From NCBI GenBank assembly GCA_902551185.1, contig CACDCN010000001.1, forward strand, positions 69,049 through 127,501: 58,453 nucleotides of DNA, in the 5' to 3' direction. Made by a program: the position numbers and the translations under genes. Positions 24,892 through 36,155 of this stretch are shown one piece after another (positions within the stretch are counted from its first letter, which is position 1; every line of letters begins with the position of its first letter). Below the pieces are notes generated by a model. That model was not told the origin of the DNA and did no database searches. It saw nothing but the letters and a program-made list of their open reading frames with translations. The DNA comes from an uncultured SAR86 cluster bacterium (lineage in GTDB: Bacteria > Pseudomonadota > Gammaproteobacteria > Magnimaribacterales > D2472).

Positions 24892-25797
24892 ATGACTGTT
24901 AAATTTGAAAAGCACTTTAAGAATATTCAATCAACTATTTATAATAGTTTTGAAGAATTAGAGACCTCTAATACAGTAAATATATCTAAAGATTCATGGA
25001 AAAGACCTGAGGGCGGTGAAGGAAAAACTATTGTGCTGGCTGATGGCAGTTTCTTTGATAATTGTGCAGTAAATTATTCATCAATTTCCGGGAAAGATCT
25101 ACCTGAAGCAGCTTTAGCTAATTCACTTAATAAAGATACAAAATTTGGTTATCAGGCAATGGGGGTTTCTGTTATTTCACATCCAAAGAATCCACATATA
25201 CCAACAAGCCATATGAATGTAAGACTTTTCGGAATTTTAGACAAGAAAGGTAAGATGACGGATTGGTGGATTGGAGGAGGATATGACTTAACTCCTTTTA
25301 TACCATACCAAGATGATATTTTAGCTTGGCATAAATCTGCTAAAAAAAATTTAGATAGCTGGAACACTGGCTTTTATAAAATCTTCTCTGATAATTGTAA
25401 TAATTACTTTAATATTCCTCATAGGAATGAAAGAAGGGGCGTAGGAGGTATTTTTTTTGATAATTTATCAGAATTTAGTGTTGAAAAAAGTATTGATTTC
25501 CTTAAGTCAGTAGCTTTATGTTATTTAGACTCATACTTAAAAATTGTAAATAATAGAAAAATGCAGACATTTACTCAGGATGAAAAAGATTTTCAGCTTT
25601 TAAGGAGAGGAAGATATGCTGAATTTAATTTAATTTATGACAGAGGCACAGCATTTGGCCTTCAATCAAATGGAAGAATTGAATCAATATTAGCTTCTCT
25701 ACCATCAAACGTTAAGTGGTCATATAAAAAGAGTAAAGAATATAAATCCTTAGAAAAAAAATTACTTAAAGTTGTAAACAGAGACTGGAATGTCTAA
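24892..25797 (+). CDS. hemF: Oxygen-dependent coproporphyrinogen III oxidase
   Basis: HPKNPHIPTSHMNVR, GGGYDLTP, RGVGGIFFD, RRGRYAEFNLIYDRGT. Confidence 0.96.
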   Translation: MTVKFEKHFKNIQSTIYNSFEELETSNTVNISKDSWKRPEGGEGKTIVLADGSFFDNCAVNYSSISGKDLPEAALANSLNKDTKFGYQAMGVSVISHPKNPHIPTSHMNVRLFGILDKKGKMTDWWIGGGYDLTPFIPYQDDILAWHKSAKKNLDSWNTGFYKIFSDNCNNYFNIPHRNERRGVGGIFFDNLSEFSVEKSIDFLKSVALCYLDSYLKIVNNRKMQTFTQDEKDFQLLRRGRYAEFNLIYDRGTAFGLQSNGRIESILASLPSNVKWSYKKSKEYKSLEKKLLKVVNRDWNV

Positions 25798-26605
25798 AAA
25801 ATTTAAATTAGGTGTAATAGGAAACCCTATAGAACATTCGTTATCTCCATTTATTCATTCTAGGTTTTCTAGAAATGAGAATATTAATGTTGAGTATTTG
25901 CCCTACAAGGTAACTGATGTAGATTTTGATTTATTTATAAGAGAATTCTTTTCTGATAAAGACTCTAAAGGTCTGAATGTTACATTGCCACACAAGAAAA
26001 AAGCTGCAGAAATTGAGGGAGTCATATCGAGAGAAGCTAAATATATTAATGCAGTAAATACAATTGTTAGTGATGACAAGAAAATATTTTTATATTCAAC
26101 TGATGGCATAGGGTTCATAAATGATATGGAAAATAAAAACTTTTCTCTTAAGAAAAAAAATATATTAATTATTGGAGCAGGCGCTGCTGCAGAAAGCGTC
26201 ATATATAGACTGGCAAAGAGCGACGCCAACCACATCACTGTATTAAATAGAACAGAAGAGAAAGCTGATCGCTTAATTAGGAAGTTTTCAAATATGACCT
26301 CAATAAATACAGAAAGTAATTCTGAAGTACCATATGACCTTGTTATAAATGGCTCATCCGCAGGATTAACAGGAGAATTTAAACCTATAGAAAATATTTT
26401 GATTGACGAATGTACTCATTTTTATGACTTAAATTATTCATTAACCCAGACACCATTTTGTAAGTGGGCAAAAGAAAAATCAGAACATGTTGATGATGGG
26501 ATTGGGATGTTAGTTTATCAAGCGGCTCACTCATTTGAAAAATGGTTTAAGGTTTTTCCAGAGACTGCCGGCGTGATTAAAGATCTTCATGGAATGAGAG
26601 AATGA
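25790..26605 (+). CDS. aroE: Shikimate dehydrogenase
   Basis: GNPIEHSLSP, NVTLPHK, AVNT, GAGAAA, NRT, GIGMLVYQA. Confidence 0.94.
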   Translation: MSKKFKLGVIGNPIEHSLSPFIHSRFSRNENINVEYLPYKVTDVDFDLFIREFFSDKDSKGLNVTLPHKKKAAEIEGVISREAKYINAVNTIVSDDKKIFLYSTDGIGFINDMENKNFSLKKKNILIIGAGAAAESVIYRLAKSDANHITVLNRTEEKADRLIRKFSNMTSINTESNSEVPYDLVINGSSAGLTGEFKPIENILIDECTHFYDLNYSLTQTPFCKWAKEKSEHVDDGIGMLVYQAAHSFEKWFKVFPETAGVIKDLHGMRE

Positions 26606-26814
26606 AAAAATTTGTACAATTCATTGCAGGGGCCATATGTCCAAATTGCAAAAGCAATGACACAATTGCGTTAAATCCAGAAGATGATCAAATATATTGT
26701 ATAAAATGTGATTTTGTTGAAGACAGGCCAACAGAAAAAGTAGACAAAAAAGCAAAAAAAATAAATGTTGTAAACATTCAAGACTTTAAGAAAAATACTA
26801 ACAAAAATCGATAG
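26602..26814 (+). CDS. YheV-family zinc-ribbon protein
   Basis: FIAGAICPNC...CIKC resembles YheV RFIAGAxCPxC...CxxC. Confidence 0.75.
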   Translation: MKKFVQFIAGAICPNCKSNDTIALNPEDDQIYCIKCDFVEDRPTEKVDKKAKKINVVNIQDFKKNTNKNR

Positions 26815-26867
26815 AAATTCACCTTTCAAACATATATCATACATACCAAAAAAAGTGTGTATTTGCT

Positions 26868-26896
26868 TTGTTGTATTTATAAATATGATTTATAAT
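26868..26896 (+). promoter_or_regulatory. Putative sigma70 promoter of the cox cluster (TTGTTG-N17-TATAAT)
   Basis: Perfect -10 at 26891-26896 with a 17-bp spacer to a weak -35; the AT-rich context lowers specificity. Confidence 0.4.
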
Positions 26897-26947
26897 AGAA
26901 TATAAGTATATTTTATTATTAATACGCACACTTACTTAGGGTAAATA

Positions 26948-28096
26948 ATGTTTCTTAACTTTTTTAAATATTTAAATAAGAAGATTTTATTTGTTATTTT
27001 ATTTATAACAGCTCCTCTTATAAATGCAGACTGGTTTGCATTAAATATGACTAGGGGTATCACAGATATAAGCAATGAGGTATTTGAGTTACACATGCTT
27101 ATTTTCTGGATTTGTGTAGTGATTGGCGTATTAGTATTTGGGGTTATGTTTTACTCAATGTACGCACACACCAGAGAGAAAAATCCTGTACCCGCCACTT
27201 TTGATGATAATCATAAGCTTGAGATAGCATGGACAATAATCCCATTTTTAATTTTAATAGCAATGGCTGTTCCAGCATCTAAAACTCTTATTAAAATGTA
27301 TGATGATACAGCTGGAGATATCAATATCCAGGTAACAGGATATCAATGGAAATGGCAGTACAGATATTTAGAAGATGATGTAAGTTTTTTCTCAAACTTA
27401 GCTACAGATTGGGATGAAATTAATAATCTTGTTCCTAAGGGAGAGAATTATCTACAGGAAGTAGATGAAATGGTTGTAATCCCTACTGGAAAAAAAGTTA
27501 GATTCTTAATAACTGCAAATGATGTTATTCATTCATGGTGGATGCCAGCTTTTGCTATTAAACAAGATGCCATTCCTGGGTTTGTTAATACAGCATGGAC
27601 AAAAGTTGATGTGCCAGGCATATATAGAGGTAAATGCACAGAGCTTTGTGGGAAGAATCATGGCTTTATGCCTATTGTTGTAAAGGTTGTTGAGCAAAAT
27701 GAATATGAGGAATGGGTAGGAATTAAAAAAGAAGAAGCTCAAAAATTAGCTGAACTTACTACTAAAGAATGGACTGCAGAAGAATTGGTCTCAAGAGGGC
27801 AAAGTGTTTATGAAGTAAATTGTGTTGCTTGCCATCAAACAAATGGACAAGGTATTGCAGGCATCTTTCCTGCTTTAGTAGGAAGCGATATAGTCCTGAA
27901 TAATAAAGAAAGAAATATAGAAATCTTAATGGAAGGAGTTCAAGGGGCAGCCATGAATTCATTTAGTTATCTATCTGAGGTTGAGATAGCATCAGTAATA
28001 ACATACACAAGACAATCATGGGGCAATGATGAAAAAGGAGATGGAGAGGTAGTTGTTCCAAAAGATATTGTAGATTATAAAGAACCGAAAATATAA
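26948..28096 (+). CDS. coxB: Cytochrome c oxidase subunit II with fused C-terminal cytochrome c
   Basis: QWKWQY, DVIHSW, CuA motif CTELCGKNHGFM, heme motif CVACH. Confidence 0.96.
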   Translation: MFLNFFKYLNKKILFVILFITAPLINADWFALNMTRGITDISNEVFELHMLIFWICVVIGVLVFGVMFYSMYAHTREKNPVPATFDDNHKLEIAWTIIPFLILIAMAVPASKTLIKMYDDTAGDINIQVTGYQWKWQYRYLEDDVSFFSNLATDWDEINNLVPKGENYLQEVDEMVVIPTGKKVRFLITANDVIHSWWMPAFAIKQDAIPGFVNTAWTKVDVPGIYRGKCTELCGKNHGFMPIVVKVVEQNEYEEWVGIKKEEAQKLAELTTKEWTAEELVSRGQSVYEVNCVACHQTNGQGIAGIFPALVGSDIVLNNKERNIEILMEGVQGAAMNSFSYLSEVEIASVITYTRQSWGNDEKGDGEVVVPKDIVDYKEPKI

Positions 28097-28110
28097 TATA
28101 GGAAATTATT

Positions 28111-29694
28111 ATGAGCGCAGTTATAGAAAACCATCACGACGACCATCATCATGGACCAGCTAAAGGTATAACCAGATGGTTATATACAACCAATCATAAG
28201 GATATAGGAACTTTATACTTATGGTTTAGTTTTGCAATGTTCTTAATTGGTGGAGCCATGGCAATGGTTATAAGGGCTGAATTATTTTCACCAGGAATGC
28301 AAATTGTAGAACCAGAATTCTACAATCAAATGATTACTCTACATGGCCTAATAATGATCTTTGGTGGAGTTATGCCCGCTTTTGTTGGCCTAGCCAACTG
28401 GCTTGTTCCAATGATGATTGGTGCGCCTGATATGGCTCTTCCAAGAATGAATAATTTAAGTTTTTGGATACTCCCTTTTGCCTTCTTTATTTTATTATCA
28501 TCTTTATTTATGGAAGGAGGCGCTCCTAATTTTGGCTGGACTTTTTATGCACCACTTTCAACAACTTACGCACCACCAAGTGTTACGTTTTTTATTTTTT
28601 CAGTTCATATCATGGGGGCTTCATCGATAATGGGATCAATAAACGTTGTTGTAACTATAATGAACATGAGAGCTCCTGGAGTTGGTCTTATGAAGATGCC
28701 GCTCTTTGTTTGGTCATGGCTAATTACTGCTTATTTATTAATTGCTGTTATGCCAGTTTTAGCTGGAGCAGTAACAATGATGTTAATGGATATTCATTTT
28801 GGAACTAGCTTTTTTAACGCAGCTGGCGGAGGAGATCCAGTTCTTTTTCAACATATATTTTGGTTCTTTGGACATCCTGAAGTTTATATAATGATCTTGC
28901 CAGCATTTGGGATAGTTTCTCATATAATTGAAACCTTTTCTCGTAAGCCTTTATTTGGATATGCTTCAATGGTTTGGGCAATGTTATCAATTGCAATATT
29001 ATCTTTTGTAGTATGGGCGCACCATATGTTTACAGTTGGCATGCCATTGGCAGCTGAGATTTTCTTTATGTGGGCAACAATGCTGATAGCAGTTCCAACT
29101 GGAGTAAAAGTTTTTAATTGGGTTGCGACAATGTTTAGAGGCTCTATAACATTTGAAACTCCTATGTTATTTGCATGCGCCTTTGTTGTGCTTTTTACAA
29201 TTGGAGGATTATCTGGCTTGATGCTTGCAATTGTTCCTGCAGATTTTCAATACCATGACACATATTTCGTAGTTGCGCACTTTCATTATGTTTTAGTTCC
29301 GGGGGCTATATTCTCTATAATGGCCGCAGTTTATTTTTGGATACCTAAATGGTCTGGAAATATGTATGACGAAAGATTAGGCAAATTACATTTTTGGCTT
29401 TCTTTTATTGGAGTTAATGTAACATTCTTCCCGCAACACTTTATTGGTCTTGCAGGAATGCCTAGAAGATATCCGGACTATGCCCTGCAATTTGCAGATT
29501 GGAATATGGTCTCTAGTGTTGGAGCATTTTTATTTGGCTTTTCCCAGCTTTTATTTTTATTTATAGTAGTTAAAACTGTAATGGGTGGTAAAAAAGCCAC
29601 TGATCAAGTTTGGGAAGGAGCAAAGGGGCTTGAATGGACTGTTGCTTCCCCTGCGCCTTATCACACTTTCTCTACACCACCAAAAGTTGACTAA
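28111..29694 (+). CDS. coxA: Cytochrome c oxidase subunit I (A1 type)
   Basis: [38 protein letters not shown]. Confidence 0.98.
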   Translation: MSAVIENHHDDHHHGPAKGITRWLYTTNHKDIGTLYLWFSFAMFLIGGAMAMVIRAELFSPGMQIVEPEFYNQMITLHGLIMIFGGVMPAFVGLANWLVPMMIGAPDMALPRMNNLSFWILPFAFFILLSSLFMEGGAPNFGWTFYAPLSTTYAPPSVTFFIFSVHIMGASSIMGSINVVVTIMNMRAPGVGLMKMPLFVWSWLITAYLLIAVMPVLAGAVTMMLMDIHFGTSFFNAAGGGDPVLFQHIFWFFGHPEVYIMILPAFGIVSHIIETFSRKPLFGYASMVWAMLSIAILSFVVWAHHMFTVGMPLAAEIFFMWATMLIAVPTGVKVFNWVATMFRGSITFETPMLFACAFVVLFTIGGLSGLMLAIVPADFQYHDTYFVVAHFHYVLVPGAIFSIMAAVYFWIPKWSGNMYDERLGKLHFWLSFIGVNVTFFPQHFIGLAGMPRRYPDYALQFADWNMVSSVGAFLFGFSQLLFLFIVVKTVMGGKKATDQVWEGAKGLEWTVASPAPYHTFSTPPKVD

Positions 29695-30251
29695 TGAATA
29701 AGGAAGCAAAGAAAACATTAACAAGATTAGTTGTTGCTGTGCCGCTAATGTTTGCTTTTGGCTTTGCTTTGGTACCGCTTTATAACGTCTTTTGTGAAGT
29801 AACTGGCATCAATGGAAAGATTTTTCAATCTGAACATAATGATAAATTTATTTCTGAGGAAGGCAGGCCTATAGCTCTACAATTTATTTCAACAAATAAT
29901 GAAAATATGCCTTGGGTATTTAAACCCTCTGAGCAAGTGATGGAAATCCAAACTGGTAAATACCATTCAGCAACTTTTTATGTCAAAAATACAACTAACA
30001 AGAAAATGACTGCCCAGGCGGTTCCAAGTGTAGCCCCCTCTAACGCGGCAGAACATTTAAAGAAATTAGAATGCTTTTGTTTTGAGCAACAAGAATTAAT
30101 GCCAGGCGAAGAGGCAATTCTTCCTATTAGACTTCTTGTATCAAATGAGTTACCAAAAAATATAAAGAATATAATTTTGTCTTATACGATTTTTGATATA
30201 ACAGATTATAACGATGAAGCCTTAGCTCATCATCAAATGGATATGGAGTAA
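29694..30251 (+). CDS. ctaG: Cytochrome c oxidase copper chaperone Cox11/CtaG
   Basis: VPLYNVFCEVTG and ECFCF motifs. Confidence 0.93.
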   Translation: MNKEAKKTLTRLVVAVPLMFAFGFALVPLYNVFCEVTGINGKIFQSEHNDKFISEEGRPIALQFISTNNENMPWVFKPSEQVMEIQTGKYHSATFYVKNTTNKKMTAQAVPSVAPSNAAEHLKKLECFCFEQQELMPGEEAILPIRLLVSNELPKNIKNIILSYTIFDITDYNDEALAHHQMDME

Positions 30252-30260
30252 TATAATATT

Positions 30261-31175
30261 ATGAGTGGCGGAAGTTATTACGTACCAGATCAAAGCAGAT
30301 TTCCTATTTTCATGGCTTTTTCTTTATTCCTTCTTGTTATGGGCGCATCAAGCACGATTAATAATCTAGACGATCCTACAAATAATTCTGTGTATATATT
30401 GTATACAGGATTTGGATGTTTATTTTTAACAATGTTTTTTTGGTTCAGACAAGTAATTAAAGAGCATCTTGCAGGATTAGACTCTAATCAATTAAAACAG
30501 TCTTATGTATTTGGCATGGCATGGTTTATTTTCTCTGAGGTAATGTTTTTTGCTGCATTTTTTGGCGCTTTATTTTATGTTAGAACTTTTGCGGTTCCAT
30601 GGTTGGCTGGAGAGGGAGCAAAAGGTGGTGCAATTGAAGCAATTGAGTTATGGCAGGGCTTTGAGTCAACTTGGCCTGTTATGTCTACACCTGACCAGGG
30701 GAATGAGTTTGTCTTAGCAGATAAAAGCATGGCTTGGCCAGGCTGGGACCATGCTCTTGAATGGCTGCCACTTTGGAATACGATTGTTTTACTTAGCTCA
30801 AGTGTAACTGTGCATATTGCGCATTTAGGTTTAAAAAATGGAAATAGAAGAAAATTTAATATTTTTCTCGGAATCACTGTTACTTTAGCTCTTATATTTG
30901 TTGGGCTCCAAGCTGCAGAATATTATGAGGCTTATGCTCATTACGGATTAACATTAAATTCTGGAATATACGGCTCAACATTTTTTATGTTAACTGGCTT
31001 CCATGGATTCCACGTTATGATGGGTGGATTTATGCTAGCAGTTATGTTGGCTAGGTCAGTCTTTGCAGGTCATTTTGAAGACCATGATCATTTTGGTTTT
31101 GAGGCTGCCTCATGGTATTGGCATTTTGTTGATGTTGTTTGGGTAATGTTATTTTTATTTGTTTATATACTTTAA
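30261..31175 (+). CDS. coxC: Cytochrome c oxidase subunit III
   Basis: FIFSEVMFF, TGFHGFHV, WYWHFVDVVW. Confidence 0.96.
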   Translation: MSGGSYYVPDQSRFPIFMAFSLFLLVMGASSTINNLDDPTNNSVYILYTGFGCLFLTMFFWFRQVIKEHLAGLDSNQLKQSYVFGMAWFIFSEVMFFAAFFGALFYVRTFAVPWLAGEGAKGGAIEAIELWQGFESTWPVMSTPDQGNEFVLADKSMAWPGWDHALEWLPLWNTIVLLSSSVTVHIAHLGLKNGNRRKFNIFLGITVTLALIFVGLQAAEYYEAYAHYGLTLNSGIYGSTFFMLTGFHGFHVMMGGFMLAVMLARSVFAGHFEDHDHFGFEAASWYWHFVDVVWVMLFLFVYIL

Positions 31176-31394
31176 TTAAGAATCATCCCAAGGCACATTG
31201 TTTCCTAGTTCACCAGTATAGAGACCAATAGTTACTAATATGACCAATAGAGCTGCAAAGAAGACCCTAAGGCCAAGTAAATATACAGTTCTTTTTCTTC
31301 CTGTATCTCCTTTATCGATAAACAGAAAAAAAAGACCTCCAGCAAGAGAAAGAAGTAAAAGCGGTAAGACGATATAAATTAGAGTTGTAATCAT
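31176..31394 (-). CDS. Twin-TM small protein (DUF2909-like) of cox clusters
   Basis: SLAGGLFFLFID...LGLRV pattern; antisense position between coxC and SURF1 as in Pseudomonadales. Confidence 0.72.
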   Translation of the reverse strand: MITTLIYIVLPLLLLSLAGGLFFLFIDKGDTGRKRTVYLLGLRVFFAALLVILVTIGLYTGELGNNVPWDDS

Positions 31395-31428
31395 AATAAA
31401 ATTTTAAAGCATATATACTTTAATAGAT

Positions 31429-32130
31429 ATGGTAAAAAATAAATTTAATCCCGGAATAAGAATAACAATATTTTTTGTTTTTTTTGCTATTTTATTCTTC
31501 TCTCTTGGCCTTTGGCAGATCGAAAGAGGCCAGGCAAAAACTATTATATTGGCTGAGTTTGAAGATAATTTAAGTAAGACTCCTGTATACCTCAATCAGG
31601 AATCAAAAAAGTGGGACAGGGTTTATTTAAAAGGTAAATGGGATAATTCAAAACAGATATTAGTAGACAACGTTATTAATAGAGGTGTTGTTGGATACAA
31701 GGTTTTAACGCCGTTAAGAATTATAGAAACAAATCAATTGATTCTTGTTGATAGAGGATGGGTTAAGCAAAATAAATATAGAGAAATCCTTCCTAACATT
31801 GAATTAGTAGAGGCCGATGAGATCGTTAGCGGGATTCTTGAATACCCAGAACTAGGGCTTGTTTTATCAGAAGATTTAGTTTCAAAAGAGTGGCCTAAGA
31901 TTTCACAAACGAAGAACCTTGAAGTTATCTCAAAGGAATATGATGAATTTATTTACCCCATGATTTTATTAGCTGACCCCATTCTTAAAAACAGCTTAGA
32001 ATATATTAAAATTACTCCTACAAATATGACGCCAACAAAACATTATGGATACTCTGCACAATGGTTTTTAATGTTTTTAGTCTTATGTTTAATGTACCTT
32101 TGGTATGGATTTAAAAAAAATGAGAAATAA
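31429..32130 (+). CDS. SURF1-family cytochrome oxidase biogenesis protein
   Basis: LGLWQIER, GYKVLTPL, VDRGW, HYGYSAQWF. Confidence 0.92.
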   Translation: MVKNKFNPGIRITIFFVFFAILFFSLGLWQIERGQAKTIILAEFEDNLSKTPVYLNQESKKWDRVYLKGKWDNSKQILVDNVINRGVVGYKVLTPLRIIETNQLILVDRGWVKQNKYREILPNIELVEADEIVSGILEYPELGLVLSEDLVSKEWPKISQTKNLEVISKEYDEFIYPMILLADPILKNSLEYIKITPTNMTPTKHYGYSAQWFLMFLVLCLMYLWYGFKKNEK

Positions 32131-32671
32131 GTTTTTTTTAGCAGCAATATTATTAACTCCAATATTGGTAGTATCACTCTCATCTCTTTACTTTGTTATG
32201 GGCAACTCTCCAGAGGGCACCAAGAACAATGGAGTCTTCTTTAAAAGCTATTTTGAATTTAATCAATTTAAAAACGAAAAAGGCAACCCAGATCTTATAA
32301 ATTTTGATGATGGTAAATGGGTTCTGTCTGTATATGTTACAAATATAGAGGCAAGCAAAGAATCTATATATTTAATGAGACAATTAAATGTTGCACTTAA
32401 TAGAGACATAAATAAATTAAAACGAGTGATATTTTATTCTAATAGTCTTCTTGAAAGAGATTTGCTGGATATTAAATCTCAATATCCAAGAGTTGAACTT
32501 GTTGAAGATAAGAATGGTGTTTTATTAAATGTTTTACAGAAAAACTCTAAGTTAAATTTTAATATTGATAATCCTATTTTTATAATCGACCCATATGGAA
32601 GAGCGGTAATGTATTTTAACCCGGGCACCGATCCAAAATTAATTTTAAAAGATTTAAAGGTACTAATTTAA
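32120..32671 (+). CDS. Conserved membrane-anchored cox-cluster protein (thioredoxin-like, no CxxC)
   Basis: N-terminal TM; TKNNG and IIDPYGRAVM...LKDLK patterns seen in the gene between SURF1 and cox15. Confidence 0.65.
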   Translation: MRNKFFLAAILLTPILVVSLSSLYFVMGNSPEGTKNNGVFFKSYFEFNQFKNEKGNPDLINFDDGKWVLSVYVTNIEASKESIYLMRQLNVALNRDINKLKRVIFYSNSLLERDLLDIKSQYPRVELVEDKNGVLLNVLQKNSKLNFNIDNPIFIIDPYGRAVMYFNPGTDPKLILKDLKVLI

Positions 32672-33645
32672 TGAATCAAATTACAAAATTATCTTTTATT
32701 GGAATATGTATGGCTTTTGTTGTAATTGCATTAGGTGCATGGACTAGATTAGTTGATGCGGGCCTTGGTTGCCCAGACTGGCCAGGCTGCTATGGGTTTA
32801 TAGTCTTTCCAACCAATGAGGCTGAAATTGCTCTAGCAGAAAGCAGGTATCCAATGTTTCCATATGATATCAATAAAGCAATTCCAGAGGTTGTTCATAG
32901 ATATTTTGCTGCCGCTTTAGGCTTGGTTGCAATATTTTTAGTTTACCTTTCTTTTAAAAATACAAAAGACAGGTCAATTAGGGGCTGGTCAATATTTCTT
33001 TTATTTTTTATATGCTGCCAAGGCTTATTTGGTTATTTGACAGTAAGCTTAAAATTATTACCAATAATAGTTACAACACATCTATTTGGAGGATTTGCAA
33101 CATTAACTTTATTTTATTTTCTTTATTTAAAATCTCGTAATTTTGAAATCTTCAATCAAATTAATATTTCAAACTTAAAGGTAATCGCTGGTATAGCTTT
33201 TTTAGTATTAATATTGCAGATTTTTCTTGGAGTATGGACTAGCACCAACTATGCATCATTAGCATGTGCCGACTTTCCTACCTGTCAGGGGAGCTATTTA
33301 CCAGAAATGGACTTTAAGAGCGGATTTAATTTAAATCAAGAAGTTGGCCCAAATTATCTATATGGTTTACTTGATAATCCCGCTAGAGTAGCGATTCATT
33401 ATTCCCATAGAGTAACAGCAATATTAGTAACAATATTGTTTTTAATATTGATGTCTAGGTTATGGTTTTCCAATGCAGCTCCATTAGCATCAACTCTCGG
33501 CATTCTATTGTTAACGCAAATAACATTAGGAATAATTAATGTTGTGTATGTTTTGCCTTTATATGTGGCTATTGCGCATAACTTAGTGGCAGCATGCTTA
33601 TTGCTTGCATTATTTACAATAAACTATCTTGCTTGGAAAAAATGA
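32671..33645 (+). CDS. ctaA: Heme A synthase (Cox15/CtaA)
   Basis: GLGCPDWPGC, EVVHRY, second Cys pair CADFPTC, HYSHR, AHN. Confidence 0.93.
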   Translation: MNQITKLSFIGICMAFVVIALGAWTRLVDAGLGCPDWPGCYGFIVFPTNEAEIALAESRYPMFPYDINKAIPEVVHRYFAAALGLVAIFLVYLSFKNTKDRSIRGWSIFLLFFICCQGLFGYLTVSLKLLPIIVTTHLFGGFATLTLFYFLYLKSRNFEIFNQINISNLKVIAGIAFLVLILQIFLGVWTSTNYASLACADFPTCQGSYLPEMDFKSGFNLNQEVGPNYLYGLLDNPARVAIHYSHRVTAILVTILFLILMSRLWFSNAAPLASTLGILLLTQITLGIINVVYVLPLYVAIAHNLVAACLLLALFTINYLAWKK

Positions 33646-34508
33646 CACTGCTGAAGAGCTATTATCAATTATGTAAACCCAATGTTGTTTATATGATGTT
33701 GATCTGTGCATTTGTAGGAATGCTCTTAGCAGAAGAAACAGTAAGATCTTTTGGTTATTTGTTTGTTGCTTTAAGTGGTATAGCATTATGCTCAGCCTCT
33801 GCCGCTGCAATTAATCAGGTGATCGATAGAAATACTGATGCCTCGATGACAAGAACTGATCAAAGACCACTTCCTAAAGGAGAGTTATCTGCAACCCATG
33901 CCTCAGTATTTGCTTTTGTTATTGGAGTGATAGGAGCCTTGATTTTATATTTTTATGTAAACACTTTGACAATGATACTTACTATCGCATCTTTAATAGG
34001 CTATGCATTTATTTATACAATATATTTAAAAAGAGCCACTCCTCAAAATATTGTCATAGGCGGATTAGCTGGTGCAGCGCCACCTCTATTGGGATGGGCA
34101 TCTATTACCAATACTATTGATCCATATGCTTTATTGTTGGTCTTAATAATTTTTGTTTGGACACCACCTCATTTTTGGGCATTAGCAATTTACCGTAAGG
34201 ATGAATATGCCAAAGAATCTATTCCCATGCTTCCAGTCACTCATGGAATTGTATTTACAAAATTACAAATAGTCCTTTATACAATTATTCTATTCATAGT
34301 TAGTCTCTTACCATATGTGGTGCTTATGTCAGGACCGATATATCTTTATTCTGCATTAATACTTAGCAGTATATTTTTATACTCTTCGGTTAAACTTTAT
34401 TTCAGTAGCGATGATGAAGATGCTATGAAAACTTTTCAATTTTCTATTTATTACATCTTTTTAATCTTTTTAGCATTATTGGTGGACCACTTTATAATAT
34501 TGAGTTAA
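33642..34508 (+). CDS. cyoE: Protoheme IX farnesyltransferase (heme O synthase)
   Basis: DASMTRTDQRPLP, LKRATPQNIVIGG, WTPPHFWALA; ATG at 33642. Confidence 0.95.
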   Translation: MTLLKSYYQLCKPNVVYMMLICAFVGMLLAEETVRSFGYLFVALSGIALCSASAAAINQVIDRNTDASMTRTDQRPLPKGELSATHASVFAFVIGVIGALILYFYVNTLTMILTIASLIGYAFIYTIYLKRATPQNIVIGGLAGAAPPLLGWASITNTIDPYALLLVLIIFVWTPPHFWALAIYRKDEYAKESIPMLPVTHGIVFTKLQIVLYTIILFIVSLLPYVVLMSGPIYLYSALILSSIFLYSSVKLYFSSDDEDAMKTFQFSIYYIFLIFLALLVDHFIILS

Positions 34509-35146
34509 TGACTATAAAAACAAATATATTGTTGATTGTGATTTTCATGATCACTGTTGTAGGACTGTTCATAAATAAATTAACAACCCCACGAATCTTA
34601 AGTGCAAACGAACTTTTAGCGAACGGGCTTTATTTATTTGAAAACCCTAAACAAATATCTGACTTTAGTTTTTATTCAGCAAATAAGACCGAATTTACAA
34701 AATCTGATCTTATTGGGAAATGGACTTTGATGTACTTTGGATTCACCAGATGCCCAGACGAATGCCCAACAACTATGTATCAGATGTCTAAATTAATAAA
34801 AGTATTAAGAGAAAAAGAATTTCCTTTAGAAGACAAACAATGGGTGTTGGTTTCGATCGATCCTGAAAGAGATACCCCAGAGGTTGTTGATAAATATGCA
34901 AAGGGTTTTGATAAGGATTTTATGGGAGTTGAAAATATAAGACCAATGCTTTTAAGTCTAGCTACTCAACTATCTGTAAATAATGTAATGCCAAATGATG
35001 ACTTAACAGATCATTCTCACTTAGATAATCATGTAAACAATATTATTCTTTTAAATCCAGCAGGGGAGTTCGCAGGAATCTTTAGACCGCCATTTGATGT
35101 CTCTAGACTTTCATTGACTTATCAGTCTGTGGTAAGTCAGCAATAG
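34508..35146 (+). CDS. SCO1/SenC copper chaperone
   Basis: FGFTRCPDECP, SIDPERD, conserved His near the C-terminus. Confidence 0.92.
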   Translation: MTIKTNILLIVIFMITVVGLFINKLTTPRILSANELLANGLYLFENPKQISDFSFYSANKTEFTKSDLIGKWTLMYFGFTRCPDECPTTMYQMSKLIKVLREKEFPLEDKQWVLVSIDPERDTPEVVDKYAKGFDKDFMGVENIRPMLLSLATQLSVNNVMPNDDLTDHSHLDNHVNNIILLNPAGEFAGIFRPPFDVSRLSLTYQSVVSQQ

Positions 35147-35147
35147 A

Positions 35148-36146
35148 TTACATAGTTATTATTACTTTGCCTTTAGCTTTTCTATCTTTTAAATGAGCTA
35201 TAGCTTTTGCCCCATCATCGAGAGAGAAAGAATCAGAAACCTCTGGGTTTATTTTACTTTCAGAATGTAATTTAAATAGTTCTTCAAAATTTTTCTTATT
35301 TTCTTCTGGATTCATTCCTACCCAAGCGCCCCAAAAAACACCCACTATTTTCATGCCTTTCAATAAGGCAAGATTAATAGGTATTTTAGGTATTTCGCCT
35401 GCGGCAAAACCAATTACTAAATATCTACCATCCCATGCTGTTGCTCTAATACATGGTTCAGAATATGAGTTACCAACTGGGTCATACACAACATTAGCGC
35501 CCACACCCCCAGTTAATTCTTTTATTTTTCCAGATAATTCTTTTTGTTGATCTCTATCAAGTTTCCCGGTTGGATAAACAAACCCTTCATTAGCACCATG
35601 CTGTTTACATAAATTAACTTTTTCTTCAGTTGAAGCTGCAGCTATAACTTTAGCTCCCATTGCTTTTCCTAATTCAACCGTGGCCAGACCTACTCCGCCA
35701 GCTGCACCAAGAACAAGTAATGTTTCACCTTCTTTCAGTTCTGCTCTTTGTTTTAAGGCATACAAAGAGGTTCCATATGTCATTGGAAGGGCAGCCGCTG
35801 TTTCAAAACTCATAGAATCAGGAATTTTCATTACAGAGTTTTGATGGGCAACAATTTTTTCAGCAAAAGCACCTAATCCAGTCATTGCAAAGACTCTATC
35901 GCCAACGGCAATGTCTTCTACTCCTTCTCCAACGGCTGAAACAGTTCCTGCAGATTCACCTCCAGGCGAAAATGGCAATTCAGGTTGAAACTGATATAAA
36001 CCTTGAATCATTAATACATCTGGGAAGTTAACACTTGCTGCCTTATTTTCAATTAAGACATGCTCTGGTTGTATTTCTGGATCTGGCACTTCATTAATTT
36101 GTAATTTATCAGGAGGACCAAGTTCAACACACTGTAAAGCTTTCAT
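35148..36146 (-). CDS. NADPH:quinone oxidoreductase (zeta-crystallin/MDR family)
   Basis: VNFPD, PGGESAG, GAAGGVG, GFAAGEIP, GKVII. Confidence 0.9.
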   Translation of the reverse strand: MKALQCVELGPPDKLQINEVPDPEIQPEHVLIENKAASVNFPDVLMIQGLYQFQPELPFSPGGESAGTVSAVGEGVEDIAVGDRVFAMTGLGAFAEKIVAHQNSVMKIPDSMSFETAAALPMTYGTSLYALKQRAELKEGETLLVLGAAGGVGLATVELGKAMGAKVIAAASTEEKVNLCKQHGANEGFVYPTGKLDRDQQKELSGKIKELTGGVGANVVYDPVGNSYSEPCIRATAWDGRYLVIGFAAGEIPKIPINLALLKGMKIVGVFWGAWVGMNPEENKKNFEELFKLHSESKINPEVSDSFSLDDGAKAIAHLKDRKAKGKVIITM

Positions 36147-36155
36147 AATATTTTC

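Noticed and set aside
26852-26933. Imperfect long-range inverted repeat (AAGTGTGTATT / AATACGCACACTT) upstream of coxB as an ncRNA
   Set aside because: Short and imperfect, and it straddles the likely promoter, so both arms would not be in one transcript
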